64,000 nt of DNA from Cellvibrionales bacterium. Its GTDB lineage: Bacteria; Pseudomonadota; Gammaproteobacteria; Pseudomonadales; GM7GCV1. The notes under the pieces are model-generated. The model did not search any database and was not told the DNA's origin. It worked only from the letters and a program-made list of their open reading frames with translations. Positions 30,520-40,142 of this stretch are shown piece after piece (the stretch's first letter is position 1; each line of letters begins with the position of its first letter). Location: contig JACONM010000034.1 of the NCBI GenBank assembly GCA_014323765.1, positions 25,076-89,075 of the forward strand. The letters run 5' to 3'. Both the position numbers and the translations under genes were made by a program.

Positions 30520-31398
30520 ATGACTAGAAAAGCCCATTATACCGAAGACATCCCGGCTACCTTTGAGTATGTGGTGGTTGGCGAACAGATGATGGATGTG
30601 CGCTATAGTGTTCCTACCACCCCCACCACCCCATCAAAGGTGCGCTCACCGCTACGCTACCCAGGCGGCAAAAGCCGTGCGGTGGATACCATCTTAGATC
30701 TGATGCCACCCGGGCTTGATTGTATTGCCAGCCCATTTTTCGGCGGCGGCAGCATTGAGCTTGCCTTAGTAAGCAATGGAGTTCAGGTATCTGGCTACGA
30801 TATTTTTGAGCCGCTAGTCGCTTTTTGGCAGGCCGCAATCAATGCTCCCCAAGCACTTGCCAAACGAGTTGCGGTTTATCACCCGATGAACCGCGACATT
30901 TTTTATTCACTGCAGAAAAAAATGCGCGACGACAGGGTGCTCGATACAGATATAGCGGCGGTGTTTTTTGCGCTAAACCGGTGTAGTTTTTCTGGAACAA
31001 CTTTATCCGGTGGGATGTCCCCCGGGCATCCTCGTTTCACGCAATCGTCCATAGACCGGGTATGCAATTTTGATAGCCATGGACTACTATCCGTTGAGCG
31101 ACTAGGGTTTGAAGAAAGCATCGCTCGCCACAGCAACGATTTTCTTTATTGCGACCCGCCTTACGCCAATGGGGGAGCACTGTATGGACAACGCGGCGAT
31201 TGCCATGTGGATTTTGATCATGAATCGTTGGCCGAGATATTAACGTCTCGCGATGGGTGGATTCTGTCTTACAACGATTGCCCTATAGTTCGCGACTTAT
31301 ATGCTGGCTTTACTGTGCTTGATGCCGCTTGGTCTTATGGGATGAATAGCGACAAAAAAAGCAACGAGATCCTAGTTTTGTCTAAAGACTTGATGTAG
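30520..31398 (+). CDS. Dam-family (alpha-class, D12) N6-adenine DNA methyltransferase
   Basis: LRYPGGKSR, SPFFGGGS (AdoMet motif I) and YCDPPYA (motif IV) occur in the alpha-class order. Confidence 0.9.
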   Translation: MTRKAHYTEDIPATFEYVVVGEQMMDVRYSVPTTPTTPSKVRSPLRYPGGKSRAVDTILDLMPPGLDCIASPFFGGGSIELALVSNGVQVSGYDIFEPLVAFWQAAINAPQALAKRVAVYHPMNRDIFYSLQKKMRDDRVLDTDIAAVFFALNRCSFSGTTLSGGMSPGHPRFTQSSIDRVCNFDSHGLLSVERLGFEESIARHSNDFLYCDPPYANGGALYGQRGDCHVDFDHESLAEILTSRDGWILSYNDCPIVRDLYAGFTVLDAAWSYGMNSDKKSNEILVLSKDLM

Positions 31399-31403
31399 TT
31401 ACA

Positions 31404-32294
31404 ATGGGTAAGCAAGTCATCAATGGGCTGGGCTTTGAGTATGCTATAGCCCATGCACTGAACCGAATTTTGCATTGCGGCATTGCGCAGAATACCGCTG
31501 CCAAAAAATGCGCGACGGCTTACCGTGCAATGGATAAAAATATCAGAATAAAGGCGGATGTTTCGGCAGAAAAAATAGCGGCTTTTCTGCTGCAGTGCGA
31601 TAAGCGACTAAATCATGCTGTCACAATATCTATTCAGGGTAGTGCGGAAGGTCGGACGGGTGATGTTCGCGATGTTTTGATCGATTGTGTCGACAGTGAA
31701 ATAGGAATCAGTGCCAAACATCGCCATTACGATGTCAAGCATCCGCGCCTATCCAGCAAGATCGACTTCGGCAAGCAATGGGGTGACCAGCCTGTGAGCG
31801 ATACATATTGGCGCAGAGTTAAGCCGATATTTGAAGATTTGCAAGAGCGACGGCTTCGAGGAGAAAAATGGCGCAACATACCGAATAAGCAAGGCACTAT
31901 CTATTTGCCACTGCTAATCGCATTTCAAGATGAGCTAGAAAGGCTGTGCGCAGATTACGGCAGGCAATTTATTCCGCGATTCTTTCACTACCTCATAGGG
32001 CGCAATGATTTTTACAAGGCCATTTGTGATACACATGAGTCGGTCGTTGAATCCATTAACCTTAATGGAACACTGGCATGGGGCGATAAATGGAAAATAC
32101 CCGATCGCATCCAGTCGGTAAATAGAGCCACCAATAGTGAGACCATATTAATTGTCACCTTCGAGGGCGGCTGGCAAATTAGCTTCCGCCTGCATAGTGC
32201 CAGTAGCAAAGTGGAACCTAGCCTAAAGTTTGCAGTGAGTTTTATTGGTGTCTCAAGCAAGGTGAGTAGAATCACCTTGTCGCATGATGATTGA
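31404..32294 (+). CDS. putative type II restriction endonuclease partner of the Dam-type MTase
   Basis: It starts 5 nt after the MTase stop and is equally AT-rich. A possible PD-(D/E)XK-like core is GDVRDVLID..DSEIGISAKH. I could not assign a family by eye. Confidence 0.5.
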   Translation: MGKQVINGLGFEYAIAHALNRILHCGIAQNTAAKKCATAYRAMDKNIRIKADVSAEKIAAFLLQCDKRLNHAVTISIQGSAEGRTGDVRDVLIDCVDSEIGISAKHRHYDVKHPRLSSKIDFGKQWGDQPVSDTYWRRVKPIFEDLQERRLRGEKWRNIPNKQGTIYLPLLIAFQDELERLCADYGRQFIPRFFHYLIGRNDFYKAICDTHESVVESINLNGTLAWGDKWKIPDRIQSVNRATNSETILIVTFEGGWQISFRLHSASSKVEPSLKFAVSFIGVSSKVSRITLSHDD

Positions 32295-33169
32295 AATTGT
32301 ATATAATTCCCTTACTTTTACGCCTATTCGCCCGGCTACCGCTACCGCTGTGCCATGCTTTGGGCGCATTGGCCGGTCGCCTGCTTTATTTGTGCCGCGG
32401 TCGTGAGCGGCGCGTGACGGAGCGCAATTTAGCCCTTTGTTACCCGCAGTTGAGCGATCAGAAACGCCAGCAGCTGGCGCGGCGGAGCCTGATTGAAACC
32501 GCTAAGTGGGCCTTTGAAGTGGGTGCAGTCTGGTTTCGTGGGGCGCGATGGCGGCAGCGGCGCATTGTCGAGTTTCGCAACCTGAATTGGTTCACGCAGG
32601 CCGCCGCCGATAAAGAACGCGGGCTACTCCTACTGATGCCGCATTACGGCAACTGGGAGCTGGCTGGTATGTGGGCGGCGGAACAAGCCCCCGCCACCTG
32701 CATTTACCGCACCCCGCGGCGGGCTGCGCTGGACCCACTGGTGCGCAGGGCCCGCTTGGCCGCGCCGCAAAGCACTCTAGTACCGGCCACCGCCCGCGGT
32801 GTATTGGCGGTGCTACGGGCCCTAAAACGCGGCGAGATGACTATCATCTTGCCGGATCAGGTGCCGCCCGGCGAAGGCGGAGTGCATGCCGAGTTTTTTG
32901 GCGTTCCCGCCTACACGCAGACACTGGTTCACAGCTTGATTCAGAAAACCCGCCCGCAGGTTTTATTGATCTACGCCCGCCGCATCGGTGCCCGCTTCGA
33001 GCTTGGTTTTATGCGCCCGGAGGAAGGCATTTATTCAACCGATGCGCAAGAGTCGGCCCGGGCGATGAATCGCACCATTGAAAAACTTTGCGCTCTCGAC
33101 CCAGCGCAGTACCAATGGGAATACAAGCGTTTCAAACACCAAGCAGACGGACGCGACTATTATGAATAA
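32291..33169 (+). CDS. lipid A biosynthesis / lysophospholipid acyltransferase (LpxL/HtrB family)
   Basis: It shows NLALCYPQLSDQKRQQL, PHYGNWEL (HX4-type motif) and LPDQ. A TTG start overlaps the endonuclease stop, and the N-terminus is shorter than usual. Confidence 0.82.
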   Translation: MKLYIIPLLLRLFARLPLPLCHALGALAGRLLYLCRGRERRVTERNLALCYPQLSDQKRQQLARRSLIETAKWAFEVGAVWFRGARWRQRRIVEFRNLNWFTQAAADKERGLLLLMPHYGNWELAGMWAAEQAPATCIYRTPRRAALDPLVRRARLAAPQSTLVPATARGVLAVLRALKRGEMTIILPDQVPPGEGGVHAEFFGVPAYTQTLVHSLIQKTRPQVLLIYARRIGARFELGFMRPEEGIYSTDAQESARAMNRTIEKLCALDPAQYQWEYKRFKHQADGRDYYE

Positions 33170-33210
33170 AATCGACAGATAACACGACGAAAAAAGACGA
33201 ATAAAAAGCC

Positions 33211-34680
33211 TCAGCTGCGCCAATAAGCAGGCACGAAAAGCACGATTAAAGTAAAAAGTTCCAACCGCCCCAACAGCATACTCAAACACAGCACCCACTT
33301 AGCCGGCGCATTCAACCCGGCGTAATTGCTACCCACCTCGCCCAAACCCGGCCCCAAGTTATTAAGCGTCGCCGCCACCGCCGACCAAGCGGTAATAAAA
33401 TCCAACCCAGTGGCCAGCAGCACAATGGTCATCAGATAAAAGACGATCAAATAGACCCCAAAAAACCCCCAAATGGCATCGGCAATGCGCGGCGGAATAG
33501 GCCGCTCATCCACTTTAACCGGCAAGACCGCATTCGGGTGAATCAAACGGGTAATTTCCCGCAGCGACTGCCGCGCCAAAATTAACATGCGACCGATCTT
33601 AATACCGCCACCCGTAGAGCCAGCGCAGGCCCCGAAAAACGACAGCACAATCAAAACAAACGCAATATGCAGCGGCCAGGCACTAAAATCTTCGGTGGTA
33701 AAACCGGTGGTGGTCATAACAGAGACGGTCTGAAACACCCCATGGCGCAGGCCATCGCCCGCATCATAGGTGCCCCAAGCAAACAGGCTGAACGATACCG
33801 CCACGGCGGCCACCGCCAGCAGCCCGAAATACAGGCGCGTCTCGGCATCGCGAGCGTAATGGCCCAGGGTGCGGCGCGCAAAGCAATAATAATGCAGCGC
33901 AAAATTAAGCCCGGAGACCACCATAAACCCCATGCAAACCGCTATGATGAAATCGCCGTTAATATCCGGTTGGGCGGTAAAGTGGGCCATGCTCGCGTCA
34001 TGGGTGGAAAAGCCGCCGATTGACACGGTGGAGAAAGCATGTGCGATGGCATCGAAGGCACTCATGCCGCCCAGCCAATAAAGCGCGGCGCAGGCCACGG
34101 TCAGCACCCCGTAGATAGCCGCTAGGGCTTTGGCGGTCTCGGCGATGCGCGGGGTCAGCTTATTATCTTTGACCGGCCCGGGCGTCTGCGCCCGGTAGAT
34201 TTGCATGCCGCCAACCCCGAGCAGCGGCAGAATAGCGACCGCGATAACCACGATGCCAATACCGCCCATCCATTGCAAAAGCTGGCGATAAAACAGCAGC
34301 GATTTCGGCAGGCTATCCAACCCGCTGAGCACAGTGGCCCCAGTAGTGGTCAGCCCGGAAATGGACTCGAACACGGCATCGGTAATCGACATCGCCGGTG
34401 CCGCACTAAGCAAAAACGGCAGCGCACTGGCCAACCCCAATACAAACCAGAACAGCACGGTCAGCATAAACCCATCGCGCACCCGCAGCTCCCCCGCCCG
34501 CCGCGCATTGGGAATCCACAGCAACGCCCCGCCACTGAAGGTCAGCAAAAAGGCATAGAGAAACACCGGCACTTTACCGTCCTGATACAGCAGCGAAACC
34601 CCCACCGGACAGATATAGCTGAGGCTGAAAATCATCAGCAACAGCCCCAACAGTTTGCAAATAAGGCCCGTGCGCAGCAT
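33211..34680 (-). CDS. trkH: Trk-type potassium uptake protein TrkH
   Basis: It is a 489 aa polytopic protein with repeated GFTT/GFST selectivity-like motifs, adjacent to trkA. Confidence 0.92.
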   Translation of the reverse strand: MLRTGLICKLLGLLLMIFSLSYICPVGVSLLYQDGKVPVFLYAFLLTFSGGALLWIPNARRAGELRVRDGFMLTVLFWFVLGLASALPFLLSAAPAMSITDAVFESISGLTTTGATVLSGLDSLPKSLLFYRQLLQWMGGIGIVVIAVAILPLLGVGGMQIYRAQTPGPVKDNKLTPRIAETAKALAAIYGVLTVACAALYWLGGMSAFDAIAHAFSTVSIGGFSTHDASMAHFTAQPDINGDFIIAVCMGFMVVSGLNFALHYYCFARRTLGHYARDAETRLYFGLLAVAAVAVSFSLFAWGTYDAGDGLRHGVFQTVSVMTTTGFTTEDFSAWPLHIAFVLIVLSFFGACAGSTGGGIKIGRMLILARQSLREITRLIHPNAVLPVKVDERPIPPRIADAIWGFFGVYLIVFYLMTIVLLATGLDFITAWSAVAATLNNLGPGLGEVGSNYAGLNAPAKWVLCLSMLLGRLELFTLIVLFVPAYWRS

Positions 34681-34708
34681 GGTTTTAAAGTTCTAAATAT
34701 CGCGAGCG

Positions 34709-36121
34709 TTAAAAAAAGCGCACACCGACTTGAAACAACCGCTCCACCTGGCGGGTGTGCGATTTATCGGCCAGAAACACCACCAGATGGTCCTGATCTT
34801 CAATAACCAGATCCCCCACCCCCATAAACACCTGCTGCCCCTTTTTACCCCCCTTGCCCGCCGCCGGCCCGCGCACCACTGCGCCGATGGTGGCCCCCTC
34901 CGGCAGGGCGATCTCATCGATTCGCCGGCCCACCACCCGCGAATTGCCGGCATCACCGTGCGCGACCACTTCCATGGCCTCGGCGGCCCCGCGGCGCAGC
35001 GAATAGACGCGCACCGTATCGCCGCGGCGCACAAAGCTAAGCAATTTACCGGTGGTAATCTGCGCTGGCGAGACCGCAATATCCAAATCCGAACTTTGCA
35101 TCATGTCGACGTACACCGAATTATTAATCAGCGTAATCACTTTGCCGGCCCCCAGCTTTTTAGCCAGAATGGAAGAAATAATATTGGCGGCATCGTTATT
35201 CGTCAGCGCCAGAAAAACATCGGCCTCATCGATATTTTCCGCCAACAGCAGATCCTGGTCCGAGCCGCTACCGTGCAACACAAAACTCTTTTGCAGGTGC
35301 CCGGCCAGAAAATCGCAGCGTGCCGGATCCAATTCAATAACCTTAGTCAGAAAATCCTGCTCCACCGCCTCGGCAAAGCGAAAGCCGATGTTGCCGCCGC
35401 CCGCCACAATAATTTTGCGATAGGCTTTTTCTTTGGCGGCAAGCTCACTCATCACCCGGCGAATCTGTTTGGTCGCCGCCAGAAAAAACACCTCATCGCC
35501 CTCCAGAACCTGCGTACTACCGGTGGGAATAATCGCCCGCGATTGGCGATAAATGGCCGCCACCCGCACCGGCACATTGGGAATATGCTGCTTCAGCGTG
35601 GCCACCGTCTTACCCACCATGGGTGCCCCTGAAGCAGCGCGTACGCCCACCAGCTGCACCGTGCCCTCGGCAAATTCCAGAACTTGCAAGGCACCCGGCT
35701 GATTGATCAACCGTTGCAAATGTTCAGTGACCAAAATCTCCGGCGTGATCACCGCATCGACCGGCAAATTTTGATCGCCAAACAGCCGCCGGGCGATGTG
35801 CGGGCGGGTGTAGCCCTCGGAGCGAATGCGGGCGATTTTCTGCGGCGTGTGATACAGCGAATGCGCAATCTGGCAGGCGATCATGTTCACCTCATCGTGA
35901 GTGGTTACCGCCACCAGCATCTCGGCATCGGCAATGCCGGCCTGCTCCAGAACCTCCGGGTGCGACCCCTGCCCGTGGACGATGCGGATATCGAGCCGCT
36001 CGTGCAGGTCGCCTAGGCTGGCCTCGTCCATATCGATCAGGGTGATGTCGTTGGCCTCATCGGCCAAGTTTTCCGCCAGAGTGCTACCCACCTGCCCGGC
36101 CCCAATAATGATAATTTTCAT
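34709..36121 (-). CDS. trkA: Trk system potassium uptake protein TrkA
   Basis: It begins MKIIIIGAGQVG and has a second Rossmann motif IIVAGGGNIG, giving the duplicated TrkA-N/TrkA-C architecture. Confidence 0.93.
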   Translation of the reverse strand: MKIIIIGAGQVGSTLAENLADEANDITLIDMDEASLGDLHERLDIRIVHGQGSHPEVLEQAGIADAEMLVAVTTHDEVNMIACQIAHSLYHTPQKIARIRSEGYTRPHIARRLFGDQNLPVDAVITPEILVTEHLQRLINQPGALQVLEFAEGTVQLVGVRAASGAPMVGKTVATLKQHIPNVPVRVAAIYRQSRAIIPTGSTQVLEGDEVFFLAATKQIRRVMSELAAKEKAYRKIIVAGGGNIGFRFAEAVEQDFLTKVIELDPARCDFLAGHLQKSFVLHGSGSDQDLLLAENIDEADVFLALTNNDAANIISSILAKKLGAGKVITLINNSVYVDMMQSSDLDIAVSPAQITTGKLLSFVRRGDTVRVYSLRRGAAEAMEVVAHGDAGNSRVVGRRIDEIALPEGATIGAVVRGPAAGKGGKKGQQVFMGVGDLVIEDQDHLVVFLADKSHTRQVERLFQVGVRFF

Positions 36122-37524
36122 CCGCCTCCCCCCGTTTTACGCAACAGCGCGAAGTAAAACCCATCCGCGCCGTCCACCTGCGGCAGCAGCTGGGTGCCGA
36201 CCGCCAAAGACAGCCCCCAACCGCGGTTGATCGGCACCGCCTGCGCATCCGACTGCTGCGCCAGAAAGTCCGCCATCTGTCCCTCGTTCTCCGCCGGCAT
36301 TATCGAGCAGGTCACATAAAGCAACAAGCCATCGGGGGCCAGCAGCGGCCAGAGTCCCTCCAGCAGCCGCCGCTGTTGACGGGCAAAGCGGGCAATGTCC
36401 GCCGCCCGCCGCACCAGCTTGATATCCGGATGGCGGCGGATAACCCCGCTGGCCGAACATGGCGCATCCAGCAAAATACGCGCAAAGGGCTGCCCGTCCC
36501 ACCATTCGCCCGGCTCCGCCGCATCGGCGACCATCAGTTTGGCGGAGAATTGTAACCGCTGCAAATTGGCGGCCACGCACTCCAAACGTTCTGCCGAGAC
36601 ATCCACCGCGGTCAAGGCAATGGCCGGGCAGGTCTCCAACAAATGCCCGGTTTTACCGCCCGGCGCAGCGCAAGCATCCAACACCCGCTGCCGCGGCCGC
36701 AAATCCAACAATCCGGCACAACACTGCGCCGCCGCATCCTGCACACTGCAAAAACCGTCCGCAAAACGCGGCAGCCGCCCCACAGACACTGGGGCCTTCA
36801 GCCGCAACGCATGGGCACTCAAAGCCCCCCCCTCGCAATCGATACCGACCTCGCGCAACAGCGCGGCGTACTCGGCGGTGGCAATTTTCTGCCGATTGAC
36901 CCGCAGCCACAGCGGCGGTCGCTGGTTCCCCGCCGCAATAATTTGCGCAAAATGCGCCGGCCAATCGCGCTCGAAGGCTTCGCACAGCCAAGCCGGATGC
37001 GCATGCCGAAACTCGCAATTCTCCGCCAGCTGCACCGCCAACGCCGCCGCCCGCCGTACCGCATTGCGCAACACCGCATTGACCAACCCCTTGGCCCATT
37101 TCTCACCCAACGCCTCCGCCGCCCGCACCGTCTGATCAATGGCCGCATGCGCCGGCACCCGCATATGTTGCAGCTGATAGAGACCGATCAGCAGCAGGGC
37201 ACGGACCGCCGCATCGCGGGCCCGGAGCGGCTTGTCCAGCAACGCCTGCAACAGGGCATCAAGCCGCGGCAACATCCGCAGAGTGCCGTAGCAAAGCTCG
37301 GCATGCAATGCACTGTCTGACCCGCTCAATCTACCTGATCGCTCCGCCCCATCCTCCCGCTCGGCACCCGCAGACAGCCGCAAACTGCCGTGCCCGCGCA
37401 AAAGGGGGGCCAGGGTTTGCGCGGCGGTGGCGCGGGCATTCGGGCCGTTCAGACCGGGGCCTCGGCGGTGAACTGTGCACCGACCCGCAACTGCGCCGGT
37501 TGACCCCGCAGCAGCGCGGCACAA
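36118..37524 (-). CDS. rsmB: 16S rRNA (cytosine967-C5)-methyltransferase RsmB
   Basis: It has a NusB-like N-terminus (NARATAAQTL), DACAAPGGKT, DAPCSASG and the TCS motif. The start is uncertain: the conserved sequence begins near 37452, at the fmt stop. Confidence 0.88.
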   Translation of the reverse strand: MCRAAAGSTGAVAGRCTVHRRGPGLNGPNARATAAQTLAPLLRGHGSLRLSAGAEREDGAERSGRLSGSDSALHAELCYGTLRMLPRLDALLQALLDKPLRARDAAVRALLLIGLYQLQHMRVPAHAAIDQTVRAAEALGEKWAKGLVNAVLRNAVRRAAALAVQLAENCEFRHAHPAWLCEAFERDWPAHFAQIIAAGNQRPPLWLRVNRQKIATAEYAALLREVGIDCEGGALSAHALRLKAPVSVGRLPRFADGFCSVQDAAAQCCAGLLDLRPRQRVLDACAAPGGKTGHLLETCPAIALTAVDVSAERLECVAANLQRLQFSAKLMVADAAEPGEWWDGQPFARILLDAPCSASGVIRRHPDIKLVRRAADIARFARQQRRLLEGLWPLLAPDGLLLYVTCSIMPAENEGQMADFLAQQSDAQAVPINRGWGLSLAVGTQLLPQVDGADGFYFALLRKTGGGG

Positions 37525-38432
37525 TCCAGCACCTTGCGACCGGGCAGCTGCAAGCGCGTCAAGCGCAAAATGCCGCTACCCGTCTGCACCTCCAGCCCGG
37601 CAGGATCCACGCCAACGATCCGCCCCGGGTCGCCGCCCGCCGCCCGCTCCCCTACCGGCATCACCTGCGCCGCATGCAGACGAATGCGCTGACCGCGCAA
37701 AGTGCTAAAGCAAACCGGGGCCGGGTGAAAGGCGCGAATTTTCCGCTCAATCTCCACCGCCGATCGCCGCCAATCGATGGCCCCCTCCGCCTTGCTGATC
37801 TTGGGCGCGTAGCAGGCATTGGCTTCATCCTGCGCCCGGGGGTTAAGCCCGCCGCGGGCCAGATCTTCCAGCACCTGCAACAACAACGGGCAACCGAGCG
37901 CGACCAGCTTGGCTTGCAGGTCACCGGCGGTGTCGGTGGCGGCGATGGGGCAGGCCGCGCTGGCCAGAACCGCGCCAGTATCCAGCCCCGCATCCATTTG
38001 CATCAGGCTGACCCCGCTCTGCCGGTCGCCGGCTTCAATGGCGCGAGCGATGGGCGCGGCCCCGCGCCAACGCGGCAACAAGGAGGCGTGAACATTGATG
38101 CCGCCGTGCGCCGGGATGGCGAGCACTGCCGGCGGCAACAGCAAGCCGTAGGCGACCACCACCAGCAAGTCCGGCCGCAGGGCGCGCAATGCCGCCTGTT
38201 CCGCCCGCCCATCGAGACGCGCCGGCTGTTGGACGGCAATCTGCCGCGCCTGCGCCAATGCTTTGACTGGGCTGGGCCCAAGCTTTTTACCGCGCCCGTG
38301 CGGACGGTCCGGCTGGGTGTAGACAGCGACCACCTGCAGCGAATGGGCCAGCAAATAATCCAAATAATCGGCGGCAAATTGCGGCACCCCGGCGAAGACG
38401 ATGCGCAGATCGCGGGCAGTGCGCCGGGTCAT
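37449..38432 (-). CDS. fmt: methionyl-tRNA formyltransferase
   Basis: It shows RIVFAGVPQFA, HGGINVHASLLPRWRGAAPI, in the def-fmt-rsmB order. Confidence 0.95.
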   Translation of the reverse strand: MTRRTARDLRIVFAGVPQFAADYLDYLLAHSLQVVAVYTQPDRPHGRGKKLGPSPVKALAQARQIAVQQPARLDGRAEQAALRALRPDLLVVVAYGLLLPPAVLAIPAHGGINVHASLLPRWRGAAPIARAIEAGDRQSGVSLMQMDAGLDTGAVLASAACPIAATDTAGDLQAKLVALGCPLLLQVLEDLARGGLNPRAQDEANACYAPKISKAEGAIDWRRSAVEIERKIRAFHPAPVCFSTLRGQRIRLHAAQVMPVGERAAGGDPGRIVGVDPAGLEVQTGSGILRLTRLQLPGRKVLDCAALLRGQPAQLRVGAQFTAEAPV

Positions 38433-38491
38433 CGGGGGGCGCGTCGGGTCAAAAAATGGCAGAGAGCAGCAAAAAGTAGCAGCGGGATGGC

Positions 38492-38998
38492 TTAGGCAGC
38501 CCGCCGGTGCTGTTTTTGCAATTTGCGGCGGATGCGCTGGCGTTTCAGCGGCGACAAATAATCGACAAACAGCTTGCCATCCAAATGGTCGATCTCATGC
38601 TGCACACAGACCGCCAGCAAACCCCGCGATTCCAAAGTAAAAGGGGCCCCATCCAAACCCAGTGCCTCAATGGTGGCCCGCGCCGGGCGCCGCACCTCGC
38701 CAAAAAACCCCGGCACCGACAGGCAGCCCTCTTCGTAGCCCTGCTCCTCGCCGCCCTGCTCGCGCACCTGCGGGTTGATAAACACCTGCGGGGCGGACTT
38801 GTCCTCCGACACATCCAACACCAACAGCCGCTCGTGAACATTCACCTGAGTCGCCGCCAAGCCAATGCCGCGGGCCGCGTACATGGTCTCCAGCATATCG
38901 GCGGCGAGCTGGCGGATGCGCTCATCCACCCGTGCAACCGGACGCGCCACCGTGCGCAGACGCGGGTCGGGAAATTCGAGAATCGGCAGCAGAGCCAT
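38492..38998 (-). CDS. def: peptide deformylase
   Basis: It begins [15 protein letters not shown] and has [17 protein letters not shown] and HEIDHLDG. I chose the ATG at 38998. Confidence 0.95.
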   Translation of the reverse strand: MALLPILEFPDPRLRTVARPVARVDERIRQLAADMLETMYAARGIGLAATQVNVHERLLVLDVSEDKSAPQVFINPQVREQGGEEQGYEEGCLSVPGFFGEVRRPARATIEALGLDGAPFTLESRGLLAVCVQHEIDHLDGKLFVDYLSPLKRQRIRRKLQKQHRRAA

Positions 38999-39110
38999 AG
39001 CGTTAAGGTTGTGCGGCGGAAAAAGCCCGCAGCCAGTGGCGGGCGAGTGCAAATGCAAGCATGGCTACTATACTATACCGGCCCAACCACACCGCTAACC
39101 GAGTGCAAAA

Positions 39111-40142
39111 GTGAATAACGCAAAACTGTGCGCCGCCGCGCTGGCGGTGTTTATCGGCGGCGGGGCCAGCGGGCTGGCCGCACAGACGCTGCGGCTCGAT
39201 CACCCCAGCGAATATCGGGTGCAAAAGGGCGACACGCTCTGGAGCATCGCCAGCCGCTTCCTCGAAGACCCCTGGCGTTGGCCCGCCATTTGGCGGTTAA
39301 ACGAGGATCAGGTCGCCGACCCGCACCTCATCTACCCCGGCGACCTACTGCGCCTAACCTACGTCGACGGCCAACCGCGGCTGACGGTCGACCCGCAAGT
39401 GGTCAAGCTCAGCCCCCGTCTGCGCATCGCGGCGCACGATCAGGCGGTGGCCAGCATCCCGCTCGAAGCGGTGCGCGAATTTTTCACCAAAAACCGCAGG
39501 CTGGATCTGGATACGCTAAAAGCGGCCCCGCACATGGTCAGCGGCCCGCCCGACCGCATGATTTTCGGGGCCGGCGACATCCTCTACGTGCGCGGCGACT
39601 TGGAAGCCGGCCCCTACAGCATCTTCCGCGCCGGCGACAAATTCAAAGATCCAGAGACCGGCAAAACGCTCGGAGTGCGGGCTAAACTAGTCGGAGTGGC
39701 GCAGTTTTTAAGCCAAAAAAAAGGCGAGCTGGCGCGCTTTGAGGTGCTGGAATCCTACGCCGAGATCCTCCGCGGCGACCGCTTCCTGCCGCTGCAACGT
39801 GCCGAGCTAGACCCGCGCCTCTTCCCGGCCCCGCCGGCGCAGCCGGTCAGCGGGCGCATCATGGCGGTCGAGGGCGGGCTGTCGGAAGCTGGCATGCTAG
39901 GGGTGGTCGCCATCAATCGCGGCGCGGACGCAGGGCTGGAAATTGGCAGCCTGCTGGCGGCCTGGGAAGAGGGGCGGCGGGTGCGCGACCGCACCGGCGG
40001 CGGCAAGGTCAAACTGCCCGATGAACAGCGCGGACTGCTGATGATCTTCCGCGTCTACGCGCAAATGAGCTTCGGCCTGGTGCTGGAAGCGCACAAAGGG
40101 TTGCGGGCTGGCTTCGTGGTCAACAGCGAATTTGATTCCTAA
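39111..40142 (+). CDS. LysM peptidoglycan-binding domain protein (TsaP-like position)
   Basis: It has a signal peptide and a LysM motif (YRVQKGDTLWSIASRFL...YPGDLL). It is divergent from def, as in Pseudomonas. Confidence 0.8.
   Translation: MNNAKLCAAALAVFIGGGASGLAAQTLRLDHPSEYRVQKGDTLWSIASRFLEDPWRWPAIWRLNEDQVADPHLIYPGDLLRLTYVDGQPRLTVDPQVVKLSPRLRIAAHDQAVASIPLEAVREFFTKNRRLDLDTLKAAPHMVSGPPDRMIFGAGDILYVRGDLEAGPYSIFRAGDKFKDPETGKTLGVRAKLVGVAQFLSQKKGELARFEVLESYAEILRGDRFLPLQRAELDPRLFPAPPAQPVSGRIMAVEGGLSEAGMLGVVAINRGADAGLEIGSLLAAWEEGRRVRDRTGGGKVKLPDEQRGLLMIFRVYAQMSFGLVLEAHKGLRAGFVVNSEFDS

Noticed and set aside
30471-30527. 18-codon leader ORF (MAGKRITYQKLIVRRSYD) overlapping the Dam-type MTase start
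   Set aside because: It is too short to support from sequence alone, and its ATG lies inside the TATAAT-like box. It is kept only as a remark in the regulatory finding.
34730-39118. Long plus-strand ORFs over trkA, rsmB, fmt and def (34730-35632, 36395-37135, 37308-38495, 38507-39118)
   Set aside because: The same GC-rich shadow-ORF effect applies. Composition is low-complexity and the opposite strand carries well-conserved genes.
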